From: Escherichia coli
GTDB taxonomy: Bacteria > Pseudomonadota > Gammaproteobacteria > Enterobacterales > Enterobacteriaceae
Length of the DNA: 64,000 nt
NCBI RefSeq assembly: GCF_029227855.1
Contig: NZ_CP074356.1
Direction: 5' to 3' (one strand)
Under the pieces are notes generated by a model. That model made no database searches. It worked only from the letters and a program-made list of their open reading frames with translations, and was not told where the DNA came from. Below are positions 58,736-64,000 of this stretch, piece by piece (within the stretch, counting starts at the first letter, position 1; each line of letters opens with the position of its first letter). Position numbers and translations under genes: made by a program.

Positions 58736-59530
58736 TCATAATAATTGCGGCGGCGCAAAGCGACGGTTGTTTAAGACGGGCAGTTGCGCGCGCACCTGAC
58801 GCACACGTTCGGGCGTCACTTCCGCCATAATGAGTGCAGGCATTTCTGACGCTGCCGCAATGGTGACGCCAAAGGGATCTATAATCCGGCTTTGCCCGAT
58901 ATTTTTGTTCCCGCACTCCCCCGCCGCCACCATATAACAGGTGGTATCCAGCGCACGAGCGGCAAGCAACGTTGACCAGTGATGCTCTTTGAGCGGCCCA
59001 CGAACCCAGGCGGCAGGAAGTACCAGGATTTCAGCTCCCTGTAATGCCTGTGCCAGCGCCAGCTCTGGAAAGCGTAAGTCATAACAGGTCATCAGACCGA
59101 CCTTCATCCCTTCCACCTCCAGTAACGGAGCTATTTCATTACCAGCATCAACATGGCGTGATTCCTGAATGGCAAATGCATCATAGAGATGCAGTTTGGC
59201 ATAACGGGCGACGATGTTTCCTGCCTGTAGCGCCACCAGCATATTCCATGCGCGCCCCGGCGTTGAAGGAACATGAATCGTCAGAATTGTCGTCATCATG
59301 TTACGTTTACTTTCTCGCCGTAAACGTCCGAGGAATTCGCCTTCCAGCAGCTGTGCTGATTTAACCGATAGATCTGCATCATGATCATCACGCGCCAACA
59401 ATGCTTCCGGCAGGACAAACAGCGAAACGTCGTTTTCCGCCGCCTGCGCCATCAACGAGGCACAAATCTCAGCGTTCTTTTCCCACACAGATGTAACAGC
59501 AAACTGTCCTGCAGCAACCAGCATTGCCAC
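58736..59530 (-). CDS. ybeM: Carbon-nitrogen hydrolase (nitrilase superfamily, omega-amidase-like) YbeM; intact 264-aa reading frame
   Basis: ORF track 264 aa [33 protein letters not shown]...; lies between tatE and crcB. Confidence 0.8.
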   Translation of the reverse strand: MAMLVAAGQFAVTSVWEKNAEICASLMAQAAENDVSLFVLPEALLARDDHDADLSVKSAQLLEGEFLGRLRRESKRNMMTTILTIHVPSTPGRAWNMLVALQAGNIVARYAKLHLYDAFAIQESRHVDAGNEIAPLLEVEGMKVGLMTCYDLRFPELALAQALQGAEILVLPAAWVRGPLKEHHWSTLLAARALDTTCYMVAAGECGNKNIGQSRIIDPFGVTIAAASEMPALIMAEVTPERVRQVRAQLPVLNNRRFAPPQLL

Positions 59531-59616
59531 CTCCTGTCAGAGTCGTAAAATTCGCCAACGACGATTATTCGGCGTTACACTTATCACTCATACAAATCAA
59601 ATAGCAGGATTTTGCA

Positions 59617-60000
59617 GTGTTACAACTTCTTTTAGCAGTTTTTATTGGCGGTGGTACGGGAAGCGTGGCGAGATGGCTGTTAAGTATGCGATTTAACCCG
59701 CTGCATCAGGCGATTCCGTTGGGGACGCTGGCTGCAAACCTGATTGGGGCATTCATCATAGGAATGGGATTCGCCTGGTTTAGCAGGATGACGAACATTG
59801 ATCCAGTGTGGAAAGTATTAATCACCACCGGATTTTGTGGCGGTCTAACAACCTTCTCAACATTTTCGGCAGAAGTAGTGTTTTTGTTACAAGAGGGCCG
59901 CTTAGGCTGGGCGTTACTGAACGTTTTCGTCAACCTTTTGGGGTCTTTTGCCATGACCGCACTGGCTTTCTGGCTGTTTTCCGCCTCAACCGCACACTAA
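59617..60000 (+). CDS. crcB: Fluoride channel Fluc/CrcB (127 aa)
   Basis: ORF track 127 aa [29 protein letters not shown]...; two TM-hairpin halves with [10 protein letters not shown]. Confidence 0.95.
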   Translation: MLQLLLAVFIGGGTGSVARWLLSMRFNPLHQAIPLGTLAANLIGAFIIGMGFAWFSRMTNIDPVWKVLITTGFCGGLTTFSTFSAEVVFLLQEGRLGWALLNVFVNLLGSFAMTALAFWLFSASTAH

Positions 60001-60004
60001 AGAC

Positions 60005-60036
60005 CAAAAAAAACCCGCTGATTAAGCGGGTTTTGA
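60005..60036. terminator. Bidirectional terminator between convergent crcB and cspE
   Basis: aaaaaaaacccgct-gattaa-gcgggtttt. Confidence 0.75.
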
Positions 60037-60053
60037 ATTCTTGCTGACGTATC

Positions 60054-60263
60054 TTACAGAGCGATTACGTTTGCAGCAGAAGGGCCTTTGGCACCGTTAG
60101 TGATTTCGAACTCTACGCGCTGACCTTCAGCAAGAGTTTTAAAACCATTAGTCTGGATTGCAGAGAAGTGTACAAACACGTCTTTGCTGCCGTCTTCCGG
60201 AGTAATGAAACCGAATCCTTTGGACTCATTAAACCACTTAACGTTACCTTTAATCTTAGACAT
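60054..60263 (-). CDS. cspE: Cold-shock-domain protein CspE (69 aa)
   Basis: ORF 60054..60347; start at [37 protein letters not shown]... (RNP1/RNP2 motifs). Confidence 0.96.
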
Positions 60264-60437
60264 CAAAATTACCTTTACATGAAAAATAGACACAAATGCT
60301 GTGTCGGTTACCAGTACACCAATTGTGGTACGCTTTGTCCAGTGCAACTTTACTAAAAAGTGATAAAAGTCGCGTTATTTTTGATGTTAATTATTTTACC
60401 CATTGATTTTAAAGAGTTTACTAAAATTTCATTTGTC

Positions 60438-60998
60438 TCAAAACTGAAAGCGCATCCAGGCAAAGTACACATTGCCATTGTTATAGGTACCCGGAATGTA
60501 GGTCATCTGAAAAGTCACTGGACCATAACCCACAGAGGCCAATGGCAGTAGAACCGGGAGAGGGATGTAATTCCAGTTATCGCGTGCCGTTACGCCAGCG
60601 GTGAATCCCAGTCCTAAATGAAAATTTTCATCCGCCAGCGGTCGCCAGGTACTTTCCCATCCGTATCCGGCAATCGGTTCCCATTTGTTCCACGAGTCCT
60701 TAAATGCCATGGCATACAGGCCATGCCAGTTTCCTTTTTCATCCCAACGCGACTGACCAAAACCGCCACCCCACAGTCGCTCGTTATAGCGATCGGTTTT
60801 TTCTTTGTCGTAAGCGAAACGAGCATGCCAGGTGATGGCAGGAATATATAAATCATAATGTTCAGGCTGTTGCCAGGTTTGTGTAATATTTTCTCCAAAC
60901 GTTGTCATCCACTCATCTGCGTTAGCAAAAACTTTACCAACGCTGATTAACTGAATAAAAACAAAGGAAAAGATAGCGACATATTTACTCACGTTCAT
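60438..60998 (-). CDS. pagP: Lipid A palmitoyltransferase PagP (186 aa)
   Basis: ORF 60438..61022; start at [27 protein letters not shown]...; ends in C-terminal Phe. Confidence 0.94.
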   Translation of the reverse strand: MNVSKYVAIFSFVFIQLISVGKVFANADEWMTTFGENITQTWQQPEHYDLYIPAITWHARFAYDKEKTDRYNERLWGGGFGQSRWDEKGNWHGLYAMAFKDSWNKWEPIAGYGWESTWRPLADENFHLGLGFTAGVTARDNWNYIPLPVLLPLASVGYGPVTFQMTYIPGTYNNGNVYFAWMRFQF

Positions 60999-61483
60999 TT
61001 GTGACCATAAAACATTTATCAAAAATCTACTACTAGCATAGCAAAGCTACAATTAACATAACCTTAATAGCCCCAACATAAAGAACAATCTGAATAGCTG
61101 CTCTATTTATTTCCGCTTGTTTAAGTTAAATATTTCCGCGCATCGATTAAAGATGATGTATCGTTTTCTGCGATGGGAATAGTCAAAAAAGAAAAACCAA
61201 GTATTTTTTGATGACAAAATGCAACCAAGGAAAAATTTCTTTATTTTTTAATTGGATACAAAAATCACCTTAACGAAGAATATAATATATATCGTCAACC
61301 CATGCTCATGGCAGATTATTTTCTGAGCACGCAACCGCAGCTAACACCATTGCTATTAACAAATTTGCATCAATCCGCCATCAATTTACACACATTATTA
61401 TGTGGTAATTGCCAAACGCTAAATATGCGTTTTGTTATCTATGTATAAAAACAGCAACTTCAATGTCTTAATGGCAGTTTTTC

Positions 61484-61497
61484 TTGATTTTAATCAG
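61484..61497. promoter_or_regulatory. Candidate FNR site upstream of dcuC
   Basis: ttgattttaatcag against FNR consensus TTGAT-N4-ATCAA (one mismatch), about 90 bp before the dcuC start; dcuC is anaerobically induced. Confidence 0.45.
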
Positions 61498-61586
61498 CAT
61501 TCACCGCCAATTTATTGGGCATATTTTTTCCTTAAGTTTTAGGAATTTTTTATTATTTACTTTGGGGCCTGGAGACAGGAAAAATT

Positions 61587-62972
61587 ATGCTGACATTCAT
61601 TGAACTCCTTATTGGGGTTGTGGTTATTGTGGGTGTGGCTCGCTACATCATTAAAGGGTATTCCGCCACTGGCGTGTTATTTGTCGGTGGCCTGTTATTG
61701 CTGATTATCAGTGCCATTATGGGGCACAAAGTGTTACCGTCCAGCCAGGCTTCAACAGGCTACAGCGCCACGGATATCGTTGAATACGTTAAAATATTGC
61801 TAATGAGCCGCGGCGGCGACCTCGGCATGATGATTATGATGCTGTGTGGCTTTGCCGCTTACATGACCCATATCGGCGCGAATGATATGGTGGTCAAGCT
61901 GGCGTCAAAACCATTGCAGTATATTAACTCCCCTTACCTGCTGATGATTGCCGCCTATTTTGTCGCCTGTCTGATGTCTCTGGCCGTCTCTTCCGCGACC
62001 GGTCTGGGTGTTTTGCTGATGGCAACCCTGTTTCCGGTGATGGTAAACGTTGGTATCAGCCGTGGTGCAGCTGCTGCTATTTGTGCCTCCCCGGCGGCGA
62101 TTATTCTCGCACCGACTTCAGGGGATGTGGTGCTGGCGGCGCAGGCTTCCGAAATGTCGCTGATTGACTTCGCCTTCAAAACGACGCTGCCTATCTCAAT
62201 TGCTGCAATTATCGGCATGGCGATCGCCCACTTCTTCTGGCAACGTTATCTGGATAAAAAAGAGCACATCTCTCATGAAATGTTAGATGTCAGTGAAATC
62301 ACCACCACTGCTCCTGCGTTTTATGCCATTTTGCCGTTCACGCCGATCATCGGAGTGCTGATTTTTGACGGCAAATGGGGTCCGCAATTACACATCATCA
62401 CTATTCTGGTGATTTGTATGCTGATTGCCTCCATTCTGGAGTTCATCCGCAGCTTTAATACCCAGAAAGTTTTCTCTGGTCTGGAAGTGGCTTATCGCGG
62501 GATGGCAGATGCGTTTGCTAACGTGGTGATGCTGCTGGTTGCCGCTGGGGTATTCGCTCAGGGGCTTAGCACCATCGGCTTTATTCAAAGTCTGATTTCT
62601 ATCGCCACCTCGTTTGGTTCGGCGAGTATCATCCTGATGCTGGTATTAGTGATCCTGACAATGCTGGCGGCAGTCACGACCGGTTCAGGCAATGCGCCGT
62701 TTTATGCGTTTGTTGAGATGATCCCGAAACTGGCGCACTCTTCCGGCATTAACCCGGCGTATTTGACTATCCCAATGCTGCAGGCGTCAAACCTCGGTCG
62801 TACCCTGTCACCCGTTTCTGGCGTAGTCGTTGCGGTTGCCGGGATGGCGAAAATCTCACCATTTGAAGTCGTAAAACGCACCTCGGTGCCGGTGCTTGTT
62901 GGTTTGGTGATTGTTATCGTTGCTACAGAGCTGATGGTGCCAGGAACGGCAGCCGCGGTCACAGGCAAGTAA
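61587..62972 (+). CDS. dcuC: Anaerobic C4-dicarboxylate transporter DcuC (461 aa)
   Basis: ORF track 461 aa MLTFIELLIGVVVIVGVARYIIKGYSATGVLFVGG... Confidence 0.95.
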   Translation: MLTFIELLIGVVVIVGVARYIIKGYSATGVLFVGGLLLLIISAIMGHKVLPSSQASTGYSATDIVEYVKILLMSRGGDLGMMIMMLCGFAAYMTHIGANDMVVKLASKPLQYINSPYLLMIAAYFVACLMSLAVSSATGLGVLLMATLFPVMVNVGISRGAAAAICASPAAIILAPTSGDVVLAAQASEMSLIDFAFKTTLPISIAAIIGMAIAHFFWQRYLDKKEHISHEMLDVSEITTTAPAFYAILPFTPIIGVLIFDGKWGPQLHIITILVICMLIASILEFIRSFNTQKVFSGLEVAYRGMADAFANVVMLLVAAGVFAQGLSTIGFIQSLISIATSFGSASIILMLVLVILTMLAAVTTGSGNAPFYAFVEMIPKLAHSSGINPAYLTIPMLQASNLGRTLSPVSGVVVAVAGMAKISPFEVVKRTSVPVLVGLVIVIVATELMVPGTAAAVTGK

Positions 62973-63012
62973 ATAGTCATGCCGGAGGCAAGTTTCCTCC
63001 GGCTTTATCATG

Positions 63013-63693
63013 TCACCCACTGTGGTATATGCGTTGCGGTCTGCCAACTTTGCCGTGAACAATTTCAGCAATAATCAGATGGCGGCTGGCGCAATATTCA
63101 AGATAACGTCTGGCAGTGGTGCGGCTGATAGTCAGTGCCTGCGCCACCGTTTCTGCCGTATGTTGCACACCAGGCTCTTTAAACAGTTTTCGCACTGCGT
63201 TTAGCGTCAAGGGGTCAATGCCGGTCGGCAGTTCGTCTTTGGGTTCACCGCGAGCATAGGCATTAAACATCTCATCAATTTGCTTCTGGCTGGCGCTATC
63301 AATACTTTCCAGCATATGTTTACGCTGGCGGAAACGGGTTAGCGTTTGCCCCAGACGTTCATAGGCAATTGGCTTAATGAGATAATCAAATACACCACAA
63401 CGTACGGCTTCAGACACCGTTTCCATATCACTGGCTGCAGTGGTAAACACCACGTCGCCGGGATAATGCGCCTGCACCAGTTCATGCAGTAAATTAATCC
63501 CTCTACCGTCAGGAAGATAGTTATCGAGCAAGATTAGCCCCGGCTTAAAACGCTCGATCATCATTCGGGCCTGCGCCAGGTTTCCCGCCAGTAATATCTG
63601 ACTGAATCCGGGAATGTGACGAATATATTCCGCATGCATCTCTGCCAGCGGCGTTTCGTCCTCAACGATCAATAGGGTTAATGGAGCTGTCAT
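63013..63693 (-). CDS. dpiA: Two-component response regulator DpiA/CitB (226 aa)
   Basis: ORF track 226 aa MTAPLTLLIVEDETPLAEMHAEYIRHIPGF...; receiver domain plus C-terminal HTH. Confidence 0.93.
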   Translation of the reverse strand: MTAPLTLLIVEDETPLAEMHAEYIRHIPGFSQILLAGNLAQARMMIERFKPGLILLDNYLPDGRGINLLHELVQAHYPGDVVFTTAASDMETVSEAVRCGVFDYLIKPIAYERLGQTLTRFRQRKHMLESIDSASQKQIDEMFNAYARGEPKDELPTGIDPLTLNAVRKLFKEPGVQHTAETVAQALTISRTTARRYLEYCASRHLIIAEIVHGKVGRPQRIYHSG

Positions 63694-64000
63694 TAGGTTT
63701 CACTTTCGGAATATAGATTGAAAATAAGGTACCGCAGGGATCATTATCTTCGAGAGTGATAACACCACCGCAGCGCGTTACGTAGCTGGCAATCAAGTAC
63801 AACCCAATGCCATGTTCACCGGGCTCGTCAGCACGCGTACTGACACCCTGCTCAAATATTTTGTCTCGTAGAGACTCTGGAACGCCGCAGCCCTGATCGG
63901 CGACTTCAATCACCACATCATCGCCTTCATCGCTGAGGAATAATTCAACGATCTTGTTTCCTTCATCGCTACGTAGGCTGGCTTCGAAGGCGTTATCAAG
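63662..64000 (-). CDS. dpiB: Sensor histidine kinase DpiB/CitA, C-terminal portion; gene continues beyond the window end
   Basis: Reverse-strand frame ending at 63662 encodes an HATPase_c-like tail (...ADQGCGVPESLRDKIFEQGVSTRADEPGEHGIGLYLIASYV...); overlaps the dpiA start. Confidence 0.8.
   Translation of the reverse strand, partial: LDNAFEASLRSDEGNKIVELFLSDEGDDVVIEVADQGCGVPESLRDKIFEQGVSTRADEPGEHGIGLYLIASYVTRCGGVITLEDNDPCGTLFSIYIPKVKPNDSSINPIDR

Noticed and set aside
59531-59616. Possible fluoride riboswitch (crcB motif) upstream of crcB.
   Set aside because: The 86-nt leader is short and I could not recognise the conserved crcB-motif pseudoknot elements. I recall that E. coli crcB lacks this riboswitch. 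Checking would need a covariance-model search (Rfam fluoride riboswitch).

Overview
This window is an Escherichia coli core-chromosome segment, read in the opposite orientation to the K-12 map. Gene order: rhsC (5' part, runs off the window start) - ybfA - kdpFABCDE - ybfP - pgm - seqA - ybfF - ybfE - fldA - uof - fur - IS200 - chiQ - chiP - glnS - nagE / nagBACD - asnB - tRNA operon metT-leuW-glnU-glnW-metU-glnV-glnX - ubiF - miaB - ybeZ - ybeY - corC - lnt - gltI - sroC - gltJKL - rihA - ybeL - leuS - lptE - holA - nadD - cobC - rsfS - rlmH - mrdA - mrdB - rlpA - dacA - ybeD - lipB - ybeF - lipA - tatE - ybeM - crcB - cspE - pagP - dcuC - dpiA - dpiB (3' part, runs off the window end). Almost all of it is well-characterised housekeeping DNA, and I found no convincing evidence of a novel multi-gene system. 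The strain is not K-12-like in two places: an IS200 copy sits between fur and chiQ, and kdpE lies directly next to ybfP with only REP repeats between them, where I recall K-12 carrying speF-potE. All calls come from reading the sequence and the ORF track against remembered E. coli proteins; no database search was run, and coordinates of non-coding elements are approximate.
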